Of a DNA stretch of 64,000 bases, positions 1 through 11,700 are shown in pieces (the first letter of the stretch is position 1; each line of letters starts with the position of its first letter). The translations under genes and the position numbers were made by a program. The notes under the pieces are model-generated. The model saw nothing but the letters and a program-made list of their open reading frames with translations, was not told the DNA's origin and searched no databases. Source of the stretch: Camelus ferus (lineage: Eukaryota). The DNA lies in contig NC_045697.1 in NCBI RefSeq assembly GCF_009834535.1, forward strand, positions 36,148,001 through 36,212,000, given 5' to 3'.

Positions 1-2800
1 ATTCCACAGAGCCACGTAGACTGACGTCGTTTCTGCCCTCACTGCTGAGAATGCGGTGAACTCACTCATTAACGCGAAGAAAGGATGAAAGTCTCTGCAC
101 AATCTCATGAAGCATATTTATCATCATCATCATCAAAATAAAGAAAGCTTAGTAGCTGTGGTGTTCATGACACCACCACCATCTGCTGCTGGAGAAGAAG
201 TTGCTTTGCCTCTAATAATACCTATTGTAAGAAAAGCTGAAAACTGATACGTAACTACAGGGTTCACTTGTGTTCCCTCTTCTAGATTCTGTGTCTTAAA
301 GGCAGGAACTGAGTGACTGAGTTACTTAATCAGCATCCTGCCTGGTTTCTGTAAAACAGAAAGGGAAATAAAGTTCACAGATAATCCCCAAATCTTTCAT
401 CTCCCTCACACCTTTTCCAGTAAACCTTTGTTGAAAACTGGCAAGTATCTCCCACTCTGAGGAACTAACACCTCTCTGAATTCTGCCTCCAAGGAGAGGG
501 GCAAAGAGAGAGCGTGTGCCCGAGGGAGAAGGGTGGAGGGGAGGGGTCTGAGAAAGCCTAAGTCTGAAGTAGGGAGGGCGGATGTCAGCGGATCACGCGG
601 TGTTCCCTGCCCGTTCCACTGCCGGGCTGTCTCCCACACGTGCCACCTGAAGCTGCCCCAAGTCCCCTGCCCTAGAACCCAGTAAAACAGGAGAGTCGGA
701 GGCTGGCCGTGAGGCCCTGGGGGTGGCAGAGAGGAGGGCTGGACCTGCTGATGGCAGTAAGGACATGAAGCTGGGATCTCTCTACACCCCAGATCTAGAC
801 AGAGCGGCACTCTGGTCGCATTTAGCCACCACCGCCCTGTGCCTAAACAGCGTGAACCAGGTGACTGAAGTCTTGGTATTGCCTTTGAGTCGCCTTCTTC
901 CCCCATCTTTGGGTAAGAGAGAGTAGAGCCCAAACAGAAGGTCACTTTGGATCCCCGAGGCACTTGCTCAAACATTCACAATTCTGAGTCAGACAGGGAG
1001 CAGGCTAATTATTTGAATTTTTAAATTCTGAAAGAGACAGAGGGACCCACAAGGCCACGCTGACATTCCAAGCTCTCTAGCCTTTAGTACCCACTGTCTC
1101 CTGGAGCCAGAGCAGAAAGATCTTGGGGATCTGATGCACAGATGATGACAGAGCAATGATAAAGCCCTCCAGCTGGAGCTGACTCCCCGAGCATCACTGG
1201 AGCCTCCAGCCCGTTTCCTGTGCGGAGCATATTGGAAACACATTGGAGTTATTTTCCCTTTTTAAAAGGCTGTTTTATGTTTCAGCTTTCAAGATGTCCT
1301 AGTTTCTGCATCACAGCATCTTCACATACCAGCTCAATGTGTTTCATGTTCACTTGGAGAGAGCCCACCCTGCCCTCTCCTAAGGAATCAAAGGGGAGAT
1401 GCTGGCTTGGGGGCTGAGCAGCTATGGGGTGCACAGGGCTTGGAGTGAGAAGAGGGAGAACAAAATGAAATTATGGCAAATATGGTCCATCTCATCTCAG
1501 CACACCAGAACCCCGTGAATTATTTACGATTCTCCTGATCCCCACAGCAATGCAGAGTGTGGCTCCTGCCAAGAACAAATTAGGCTGTCGGCCTCCATTA
1601 CTCTTCCCAATCAAGCAAACCTCCTCGTGTGAGGAAGGAGCAGGGTCAGCATCTGGGACAAAAACTCAGCCCGAGACAAGGAGACGATAAGGCTGCATTC
1701 CAGGGCTTCTACTGGAAAAGCGACTCATGGGAAGCATTATCAGATCATTTTTCAAAACCCAGCTTGAGCGCTTGGTTGCATCTGTCTATCCAAGAAACTC
1801 AGAACAGCAGTGTCACCAGACATATTTCAGTGTCACACCTTTATCCTGCTTCAGGGGCATGTGTGACTGTAGGCCAGCTATGGGGACCAGGACCTTCTTC
1901 CCCCAGACCAAGGACGCCTTGGTCCATGCTGCAGTGCTGGACCTATCATATCTAGGAGTGTGTCCCTCTGCGCTCACTCTGGAGCCTTCCTCATGGGTCC
2001 TGCCCTGTGTACTGCAATTTGTTATTGTTGGTGCCATATTGGTGGTGCCATAGTTTTTGAAGGTGGCTCCAGGCTCCCCTCTTCCCACTCAACCCCCAAG
2101 GGCTGTTGAGAGTTAGGTCAAGGCATAAAAGAGCTTCAGAATACACAGGTGGGCCCTGGTGGTAGGGGCAATAGGAATTTTTTGTGGCAGGAATAAAAAG
2201 GTGAAAAGCCTTTTGTGGTGTGTTCTCCTGTCCATCCCGGGAACAGGTGTGGAGAGACTAGCCTCCTGCTTATGTGGGGCCCATGTGGAGTACAACTGGG
2301 GGAAGGAGCCCTGGAGTAGGCAACAAAGGCAGACATACCAGTCTAGCTGCAATGAGAGACTCTCCGAGACGCTTTTTCATTTTCCCCTTGGCCTTGGGAA
2401 TGGCAAAGGGTCAAAGAGGCCAACCCCAGAGCTCAGGCCTGGGGAAAAGAGGCCCCTTCACCTCCCTGGGAAACAGGCCTTAAGCAAAAAGAGACCCAGA
2501 GGTTCCTGTGATGCAACCGGTATAGATAGTCAGGTAAGGAATTACTGCCAAAGCTCAACTATTTCGGGAGAGAGTCTTTGCCCAGAAGGTTTTCCATGCC
2601 TGGATCCCTGGCAGCTCTTAGATTCTGGGATTTGGGATGCTGGTAAATTCTCTTTTCAAAAGAGGCATTATTAAAAGTTAAGTTTGTGCCTTGGCCTGAC
2701 TGTTAACCAAAAGTAGTAACAATATTATTATCCTTGTATTCTTCCTTCTTAGATGATCTAATTCTTTCAAACACCTGGTAGAATATTGGTATAAATCCAC

Positions 2801-2925
2801 GGGACTTTTGAGCTGATGAAACCTATCCCCTTCATTTTTCAGATGAATAAATTAGGATCCAGAGAGACTGTTTATCCAGCCAGGTCACACTGCTAGTTGG
2901 TAGAGAAACTGGGACTAGAGCACGA
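2801..2925 (-). mobile_element. MIR/MIR3 SINE fragment
   Basis: Reverse MIR core: cccttcatttttcagatgaataaa...caggtcacactgctagttggtagagaaactgggactaga. Confidence 0.7.
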
Positions 2926-2994
2926 GGAAAGCTACTGTTACTAGCGAGGGCTAGGATCATCAGAAAACATTTAACACGGGAGAGAGAAAATCTC

Positions 2995-3090
2995 AGCAGT
3001 CATTCATCAGATGTTTGGGCCTACTGTATGCCATGCACTGTGGGGCCGCGGTGTGGAGTAAGGCAGACAGGCCTAAGGTCTCACAGGGGA
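2995..3090 (-). mobile_element. L2 LINE 3' end fragment
   Basis: cattcatcagatgtttgggcctactgtatgccatgcactgtg resembles the reverse L2 terminus. Confidence 0.5.
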
Positions 3091-3432
3091 TGTAAAGTAC
3101 TGTAATGTCAGCAAACAATGGGAAAATGGAAGCCAGGCTAGTTTTATTTCAGGACAAAAAAAAAAAACACAACTTATCTGTGGGGTGTCCCTCTGAGCAC
3201 TTAATGTCGTGAGAAAGATGTAGTTACCATGGCTAAAATCACACTCAGCTACTAGAGTCTCTCAGTGATAAGAGATTAAATCCCCTTTATTCATTCTCAA
3301 ATGCATATTCCCATATTCATGAAAATGAAAGGGAATGTTAATTTCAAAAGCACTATCTCAGCTCTCCTAGTGCCACCCCCTCATCCTCAGCCAACGAGAT
3401 AACCAGGTGTGGACCCACCCTTCTTCAGTCAG

Positions 3433-4339
3433 TCTGATGGGTGCTCTGAGACCCAGTTTCCAACATGGGGGAGGGGCCTCCCCATAGCAACCAACAATTC
3501 TTGGACACCAGCTGGGTGTCCTACAATTCAACTCAATTCTGACTCTATCTACCTGGAGATGGCATCAGATCCCACAGGTTGAGGGTTCAGTACTACAAGA
3601 CTGCCCCCCTTCCCCTTCAGACACCACACACTTCAGGCTATTGTTACCTGTGCTTCTGGCAAACGCGCTACAGACTGGCGGTTCCAATGCCCCCCTACTT
3701 GGACTTCAGACTCTAGTCGCCAGTCTAGGGTGTTACCTGTACTTCTGACCAACTGGCTGTAAATCAGAGGTTCCCATGACCCACTCGTTGGGTTTGATTA
3801 AGTTGCTAGAGAGGCTCACAGGACTCAGATAAATATTTTACTTACTAGATTACTGGTTTATTACAAAAGGAAGTAACGCAGGAATAGCAGATGGAAGTAC
3901 ATAGCCTAAGGTATAGGGGAAAGGGTGGGGAATGTCCGTATCCTCTCCAGGAGTACCACTCTCAGTACCTCCACGTGTTTACCAACCCGGAAGTCCTCTA
4001 AACCCCATCCTGGTGTGCTTTTATGGAGGCTTTATTATGTAGTCTTGATTGATTAAATAAATCATTGGCCATCGGTAATTGATTCAACTTCCAGCCCCTC
4101 TCCCCTTCCAGAGGTTGCAGGGTAGGACTGAAATTTCCAACCCACTAATCACTTGGTTGGCTTCCTGTCTACCAGTCCCTATCCTTGCCTCGGGTCCAAA
4201 AGTCACCTCATTAACATAACAAAAGATGCCTTTGTGGTTCTTACCACTTAAGAAATTCCAAGGGAGTTAGGAACTCTGTGCCAGAAATGGGGCTGAAGGG
4301 CAAATCTATATACTTGTTATTATAAATCACAGTATCACA
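3433..4339 (-). mobile_element. Solo LTR, MER21-like (endogenous retrovirus)
   Basis: Minus strand starts TGTGATACTGTGATTTATAATAA like MER21; typical body (ggacaccagctgggtgtcctacaattcaactcaattctgac); flanked by 5-bp direct repeat GTCAG at 3428-3432 and 4340-4344. Confidence 0.85.
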
Positions 4340-5494
4340 GTCAGGAATTCCTTTCTGGCTGGATTCCACAAAAAGGAGACAGATGCTCAATCATTGCTGA
4401 TACAGAGCAACGCAGTCTCAAATGTACTGGGCATTTATCTTTGATTCTGTAATAAATGAAAATCTAGAGTGATGTTTCAAAATACTATTTGAAATGTCTT
4501 TGAGTAATAATAATAATGACATGGGATGCTATTAAATACTTTTTAGCCTAAACACATTCCAGGCATTGTAACCCATTTCAACAGTCCCTGAATCATAAGG
4601 CTGAAGCACGTCCTCATCTTGGGCAAAAATCACCTTATCCTCTTCTGTAAATTCAACCATATATATACCTTCTACAGCTCCCTTCTGAAATTTAATTTGA
4701 GGATAGCTTGAATTAGCAACAAAGGGGCAATAATCATGAAATCAATTTTTAAAGAACTGAATGATTATTGCTTTCAAAGGGTAAGATGACCCTTTGGAGC
4801 TGACAAAATCCTTGAGGACCTGCTTTAATGAATTAACAGACAACATTAATCAGCATCTCAACACCTGTGCCCTATATCCTTGTTTACATTATTTTAATTG
4901 TTTTGAACCCCTTATTTCAAAGAACAAAGAAAATTTTAGTCCATTATTAGTATGAATTACTACAATTCCAAAATGAGTTAATTTGTTTGTACTTCATTTA
5001 ATAATTCTCATCAGTTGCAGGATAATTCTATTCCTCCTGGCCAGAGGCAGAGCATTACCACAGTGGCCAGGAAGGGGGAGGTGACGCCAGTCTGAAGGAA
5101 CTGAGGGAGGTCTACTCTTGAGAGGGGGCCTTTAGTTTTCTTTGTTTTGGTTTCAACCTTGATGAAATATTTGTAAGAACAAATAGAACTAAGACTTAAC
5201 ATTCTGTACTTGGCACAGCTGCCTTCCTATACAGACTTGTGTGTGATGGTCACAAAACACTTTTCTCTCTGGACCGTGGAGGAACACTGTGTTATAATGT
5301 GGAAGAGGCCATGTTGCCCCTGCCTGCCCCTACTGCGTGCTGTAACACCGTGCTCTGTCCTACTCAGAGGGAAGGGGGTAAGCCTCGGGTGAACTCTGTG
5401 GCCTGACTGAAGCCCGTCGTGGCCGGCCCCTTGCTCACCCACAAAGCTTTACTCCTCACAGCTCTCTAATTGCATTCAAGTCAAGGCCAGTTCT

Positions 5495-5645
5495 GAACTT
5501 TCTTCCCTCAAAGGGCCTTTGCCTATGCTATTCCTGCTACCCAGAACATTCTTTTCTCTGTCCTCTTCAGCTGCCTAATTCCTACGCATCCATCGAGTTC
5601 TGTTTCGATGTCACCTCTTCCAGGAAGCTTTCCATGGACCCAAGA
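5495..5645 (+). mobile_element. L2 LINE fragment
   Basis: agggcctttgcctatgctattcctgctacccagaac...atgtcacctcttccaggaagctttcc matches the L2 3' region. Confidence 0.7.
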
Positions 5646-7399
5646 TCTTATTAAGTTTTGAACACAGCTGAGCCACTGAAAAGATCTTAATCTGAGTTTG
5701 TACCAACTGCTCCCACACACATTGTGCTAAACAACCACATTGTTAATGGTGTGCTACCTCGACCACCAGTCACTGGTTTTGACTCACTCCAGAGAAGCCC
5801 AAAGATGTGCAAGGGCTATGTGGCAAACCAGGCACCATGATTTCTCTCCAGAGAGGGGACATTTTGCAGTGCCTGCAAATGTCTGACAGAGTGGAACGCA
5901 TGTTTATTTTTTTAAAGTTCGGCATACTCAGATGATAGGAAAATTAAAAATCCTCCCTCTCTCTCTGTAAGGGAAGTCATACTTTGCAGAAGGTGCTGGC
6001 TGAGAACAGCTGCTTTATATGTCTTCATTTGTTCCCCTCATCCCAGTTGTTAGGCAGATCCCCTAATCTGTTGTACCTGGCTTTCCCCTGTGCAAACCAA
6101 AGAACGCTGATGCCAAAGACTCCAGGAGAAATTTTATGATGAACCTGGCATTTGGATACTAAGGGGAGCACTGAAGTAATACCAGTTTTTGCTTCTAAGC
6201 CCCTCACATGTATAGCAAAAGGGAAATTTGTCTTACCTAAGTCATCAGAAATACAGTGACCTCTGAATTTATTATGTTGCCGTCTAAAATCAGAAGAGTC
6301 TCCGTTGCATATTCTTGTCCTTTTGACATTCTGCCTTAGGTGTCATGTCTGCTCCTACAATGTTGCTCTTGGGTTACCTATGACTTCTCTGAAGTCATCT
6401 AAGAGAATACCATTGGCTAAAAAGGAGTCAAAGAAGAGGCCAGAAGAGGATCACAGCTGGAATACTTACTAGGCAGTCAGGTGATAGACACTTGAGTTCT
6501 GTCAGAGCTCACAGACAGATTGTTGCCTCTCATATCTAAAAAAATCCAACAATTTCATATACATGAAATGGGGATGTCCATCCTCTCTTGAAAAATGAGA
6601 TCGTGCAGCATCGGGCCAACCTTCCAGTTCAGCAAATGCCGGCTGGAGCTGAGTGGAAGTGGCTCCTGTAGCAGGGACACAGTCCCCGATTATCCACGTT
6701 TCCCAGTCACACCACCTGTGTGGCTGCTAAGAAATCTGAGTGACCCTGTCCCACTGGAGGACAGGTTAGAAGCCCAGCCAGACTGTGCATGGAGGGGCAA
6801 GGGGAACCAAAAGTGGAATCCTGAGTCTTGAAGTTCCAGGAGCATCACAAACATCACAACACCCAGGATCCTGGCCCATCTTCCCGGCCAGGCTGCTGCC
6901 TCTGGTTCTGGCCGTCAGCGGCATTTGAGCAGTGCTGGCAGATTCATGCTGGTGGGGAAAGGAAGGGTCACTTCATGGGAAAGGCAACTGGTTGTAGCAG
7001 GACCCTTATACTAACATAGGAACCACTAACATAGGTTTGCTGAGCAATATATATCTCCTCACGTCCTAAAATAGGCAAAAAAATATGCATGTGGAATCAT
7101 ATTCTCACTGACTGTCTTTACATTGGCAAGATCGGGGCAATAGCTCTAAAATTTAATAAAACTGCACACAGAGTGAAAGAGAATTCTAGATCCTGTCCAT
7201 GAAGAGGTAATGTTTTCCCTTGAGTTGCATGCTGAAGGTGCTAAAAATCAAAGTGCAGAAGTGCTAAAAAGAAGAGTTAAGGAGGACTTAAGAATCTAAT
7301 CAGGCCAAGAATCTAGTTCAAAACCTTCAGCAGCTCCACGCTGCTTCCAAAATAAACCTCTCACTCTGACAAGGCCTTTTGTGACTGTCACGCCTCCTG

Positions 7400-7400
<1 letters not shown>

Positions 7401-7450
<50 letters not shown>
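7401..7450. repeat. (CA)25 microsatellite
   Basis: Perfect dinucleotide run. Confidence 0.98.
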
Positions 7451-7453
<3 letters not shown>

Positions 7454-7597
7454 ACACGTTCAGAGCACACCTAGCAAACTGTAGTGCCCCGAGCATGAAT
7501 ATGCGGCGTCCTCCACCTACTTGGCTCCCCGTCCACCTGGAGCACAGGACCCTGTCCTCAGACTGCGCTCCTCCAGGAGACTGTCCCTGACCTCACA

Positions 7598-7614
7598 GCC
7601 AGCAGGTGGTGCTG
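7598..7614 (+). promoter_or_regulatory. Candidate CTCF motif
   Basis: GCCAGCAGGTGGTGCTG is close to the CCASYAGRKGGCRS core; motif match only. Confidence 0.35.
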
Positions 7615-8064
7615 GGCCCCCAGGGCACTTTGTTGACTTCCTGCTCTGGCCTTTGACCCCTTGAGGACTGTGCTCTCATCTTAAATGCCCAGGGCTTGAC
7701 ATCCTGTTTAGCCCATAGTGGGAATTTAATACTTCTTTGTGTGTGAATAAACTTTGCAGTACATTAAGGTCCCAGGAACAATAGAAAAGGGAAAGGTGAA
7801 CATAATTCTCCATCCTTTATTTCCTGTGCCCATGAACTGACTTTAACATCTAAACTGCATTTTGACCCCAAGGCTGAAGTTGTCCAACAAGCTACACTGT
7901 ATCAGTTTAAAACACTGTAAAAAAGAATCTTCAGGTAGTTTATACTAATTTTCCCATGTGTTGAACAAACACAATTCCAACTGTCTGCATACTGAGTAAC
8001 TATACTATAGTGTCACAGACATACATAATATGAGAGAACACACAGCAGAACAAACTCCCTGCCT

Positions 8065-8165
8065 CCTCAGTTGACAGGTGAGGAAACTAAAGCCTCAAGA
8101 ACCTGTCCAAGGTCATGCGGCTGGTTGATGGCAGAACTGAGACTAGAATTAATGAGCCCATCTAA
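8065..8165 (-). mobile_element. MIR SINE fragment
   Basis: acaggtgaggaaactaaagcc...tgtccaaggtcatgcggctggttgatggcagaactgagactagaa. Confidence 0.65.
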
Positions 8166-8269
8166 TGTTGATCTAGAAGGTTCTAGAATTCTCCTAGAAT
8201 TACACTCATTAATTAAGAACAAGGCATTAAGTGTTACAGTAAATGCTATGACATGGCTCCTTTCTTTGT

Positions 8270-8272
<3 letters not shown>

Positions 8273-8300
<28 letters not shown>
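8273..8300. repeat. (CA)14 microsatellite
   Basis: Perfect dinucleotide run. Confidence 0.97.
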
Positions 8301-8305
<5 letters not shown>

Positions 8306-8994
8306 GCACTTGTGATACTCCTCAAATACAATCTTGCAGAAGCTAACTGTGGTGTGTAGCATGGTGTGTCTTCCTTCTCAAGGATCAAGTCTGCTAAAGA
8401 GTTGTTTAGTGTTCAGGCTCTTTTTGGGGAGGGCACACGTGGTAGCCGTGGAGAACCGTGGCTGTCTCCCTCAAAGGGCTGCTCTCTGGTGATCATTTAT
8501 GTGTGTAAATTGTTGTCGTTTCCACCAAGACAGTCAAAAGAGCGCACAGAGGAACGGGAATCCACCCTAATCACTCTGATGAGTTTACACGAAGGACAGC
8601 CTACTTTCCTGCCTTTTACTGAATTGTTTTTCCACCATTTTATTCCTCTTTCTCTGTTTATTTTGCTTAATTAGGTGGTTTGCCTGATTTGCAATGGAGA
8701 AAAAAGATGAAAAATTGACTTTTACTGACTTGCAAAAGAGGTTTCTACTCTGCTGCTCTAGGACCTTGTTCATCTGTATTACAGTAACTAAAACAAACTA
8801 CTTTTCCAGATGATGAGTAAACCAGTGAAGCTGTTATTTTAGTAATCTAATCTTTTGATAGAGAAACAGTTCTATAAGACACTACAAAAAGCTGAAATGT
8901 AATTAAAACTTGAACACCCAAAATTGACTTTAAATTCACATGTATTTATGTATTTAGAAATATGTGTATATAGTTCTATTCATAGAGGGAAGAG

Positions 8995-9345
8995 AGCTAA
9001 CATTTATTGAGCACCACGTATTGAGCTAGATAGTTTACATACACTGTTTGACTTAATCTTCATAGTAAATTTATGAGGGTGGGTGGGTAGAGCTCAGTGG
9101 TAGAATGCATGCTTAGCATGCACAACGTCCTGGGTTCAATCCCCAGTACCTCCACTAAAAACATAAATAAATAAAATATAAATAAATAAATGAATAAATC
9201 TATGAGAGATTCATGATTATGCCATTTTACAGATGAGAAAACTGAGGGTCTAAGAGTTTTGTAATTGGCCTAAGTTCACGTAAGTAGTGAGCTGTAAAGG
9301 TAAGACTGAATCTAAGGGGACTAACTCCGAAGCCCATGTTCTCTC
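8995..9345 (-). mobile_element. MIR SINE interrupted by a Vic-1-type SINE
   Basis: agctaacatttattgagcac... resumes after the insertion as gccattttacagatgagaaaactgagg...gtaagtagtgagctg. Confidence 0.8.
9078..9194 (+). mobile_element. tRNA-Ala-derived camelid SINE (Vic-1 type), short form
   Basis: gggtagagctcagtggtagaatgcatgcttagcatgcac...ctgggttcaatccccagtacctcca plus (taaa)n tail; TSD taaatttatgag (9066-9077) / taaatctatgag (9195-9206). Confidence 0.9.
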
Positions 9346-9834
9346 CAGGATACGCCAGAAAGTAGTCTTGCAGTTAATGAGATCATGGGATAACCTGACA
9401 GCTCAGTCATGGGTGTCAAGAAGGGAAGAAGGGGAAGAGGAGGCCAGGATGACTCGGTACAACAGAGGAGGCCTCAGGGCAGGGCAGGCACCAAAACAGG
9501 CCACTTGTGAGGTTTCCCTGGTTAAGGGCAAGATGGGAAGGAGCTTGAGGGTAGAATAACAAAGAATTATCACTGCTCCTTTTCTCTCCATAAAAGCTTT
9601 AGGTGGTACATAGCTGGATTTCCCCATCAAGCAGGGAGCCAGAGGTAAGGACATGACAGAGAAGGTGGATTTGCCTCCTGGGCTTAGAAAGCCTGGAAGG
9701 GATGTGACAACTGGACAGCACCAGCACTGCTTGTGTGACAGAGCGCCAGGCAGTGTGGCTTTCCTCCTGTTCACAGCAACAGCCACTATGACAGTCACTA
9801 TCATCACCAACAGCAATCTTGCCTTTCTTCAGCA

Positions 9835-9960
9835 TCTGATTCAATCCAACTGACATTTCTTGAGCACTTTCTATGGCCTCAATATGGCTCCAGATAATGA
9901 GTCTAAGGGTATAGACAAAGGAAAGACAGTCCTTGCCTCTGGACTTAAAGATCTGTAAAC
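9835..9960 (-). mobile_element. L2 3' end fragment
   Basis: ttcaatccaactgacatttcttgagcactttctatg...aagacagtccttgcctc. Confidence 0.55.
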
Positions 9961-10059
9961 AAATGCATAAATAATAGGTTCCTCCTATATCTAATCTCTA
10001 CAAAAACAAACATCTTGTCCCTCCACCCTTCCCTCCCTCCCCCATCCCTTCTTTCTCTC

Positions 10060-10155
10060 CTTCACATCACCTGCGAGGCATTGTTCTTGATGCTGGGAGG
10101 ACAGTGGTAAACAAAAGAGAAAGTTCTCTGTCCTTCTGAGGCATATGTTCTAGAG
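10060..10155 (-). mobile_element. L2 fragment adjoining MER3
   Basis: aggcattgttcttgatgctgggaggacagtggtaaacaaaagagaaagttctctgtcctt...ttctag. Confidence 0.65.
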
Positions 10156-10368
10156 CGGTGCTGTTCACTACAGTAGTCATTAGTTACATATAATTATTTA
10201 AATGTAAATATAAATGAATGAAATTACACATTTAGCTCCTCAGTTGCACTCACTACACTTCGAGTGCTCCATAGCCACGTGTGGACAGCATCTACTGTGG
10301 TGGACAGTATGGACAGTACAGATACAGAACATTTCCATCATCACTGGAAATTCTATTAGACAACACTG
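10156..10368 (-). mobile_element. MER3 hAT-Charlie non-autonomous DNA transposon, full length
   Basis: Minus strand starts CAGTGTTGTCTAATAGAATTTCCAGTGATGATGGAAATGTTC; 213 bp; 8-bp TSD ttctagag (10148-10155) / ttctggag (10369-10376), typical of hAT targets. Confidence 0.9.
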
Positions 10369-10706
10369 TTCTGGAGCCTGATTTGTGATTAGATCTTCAG
10401 AGTCTAGCCCTGTGCTGAGCACACAGTGGGCACTATTAAATAGTCACCAAATGTTAAAGTAGTGTAATAAGTACAATAATGAAAGTACATAATAAAGGTA
10501 TGTCCCAGCACAGAAGTAGCACAGAGGACCAAATATTTTACGTAACAGGATGGGGGTGAGGGAATACCTCCCAGAGGAGAGAGGAATTGGTGATAGGATT
10601 TGAAATATATTAAAACTTTTTAGATACACTTGCTCAGCAAAGGCAGCTTGCTACAATTCTAAGGGCAGAGTGGAAGAGGATTCCTACTCAAGTTAAATTA
10701 CAACTT

Positions 10707-10891
10707 AAAAAAATTTCTTTTTCTTTTAATTATTTTTTGGGGGTGGGTAATTAGGCTTATTTGTTTATGTGTATATGTGTGTGTATATATATATATTTTT
10801 TTCTTTTTTTAAATGGAGGTACTGGGGCTTGAATCCAGGACCTCATGCATGCTAAGCACGTGCTCTACCACCGAGCTGTCATTTAGTTCCC
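10707..10891 (-). mobile_element. Vic-1-type SINE, long form
   Basis: Reverse tRNA-Ala body (ggaggtactggggcttgaatccaggacctcatgcatgctaagcacgtgctctaccac) plus gggtaattagg segment; TSD taaattacaactt (10694-10706) / taaatgacaactt (10892-10904). Confidence 0.9.
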
Positions 10892-11514
10892 TAAATGACA
10901 ACTTTAACGATGGCACTGGTCCTCTGCTCCTTGGACGGGGTAGGCTGTGATGTGGGGGAGGCGGGGAACGACACAACAACAGCCTTCAGACTCTGGAGGA
11001 ATTCTCATTAGGAGGAAGTAAACGAAAAGCTTGCCCTCCTTATTTTAGGAAATAAACAGTCTGTAATAAATGCCTGAAATAGTGCTGCTTCTTAAGTATT
11101 ACTATGCTCTTCAAAATGAATGCTCTACGAGGCCTTCCTTTTAATCAGCCAATATGCTAGTCAGAGCCTTCCATAAAAAGAAGCAGTACTTAGGTGTCCA
11201 TCCCTGAGCCACAAAGGAAACAGAATAACAACATACACACGACATGTGGTCAGTGATGGAGACCTCTGGGGTCTGATTCAGGCTCACTCTTGTCTGGAGC
11301 TGTCCAATCCAGTGGGTGTCTCAGCTCCAGAAGGCTGGAGAGCATGGAAAGAAGACATAAACAAGTGCCATGCAGAGGCCAGGTCAGGCTGCCTTCAGTC
11401 ACCGACATCTGCTTGCCAGAGAAGTATGACGCCAACCTGGTTCTACCTTGTATAAAGGTGACCTTGTGGCTCGGCAGAAACCCACTGTCATTGTCATCAA
11501 AATATGTCCTATAA

Positions 11515-11700
11515 CTGACACTAATTTACCCTCATTACATGCCAGATGTTGTTTACAATTCATTTAGTTCCTAAAACAACCCTACAAGATGGGTAGCATT
11601 ATGATTCCTTTTGACAAAGGAACTAAGGCGCAGAGAGGTTAAGTAACTTGCCCAAGGTCACACAACTAACTAGTAAGTGGTAGAGTTGGAAGTTGAGAGC
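11515..11700 (-). mobile_element. MIR SINE
   Basis: ggaactaaggcgcagagaggttaagtaacttgcccaaggtcacacaactaactagtaagtggtagag. Confidence 0.85.

Noticed and set aside
406..975. Longest ORF (189 aa), and similar ORFs at 2159 and 12715
   Set aside because: Pro/Gly/Ser-rich translation of GC-rich DNA with no recognisable domain or exon structure
9078..9155. tRNA-Ala gene (also 49534 and the other copies)
   Set aside because: The copies have stem-breaking substitutions, A-rich tails and TSDs, so they are SINEs
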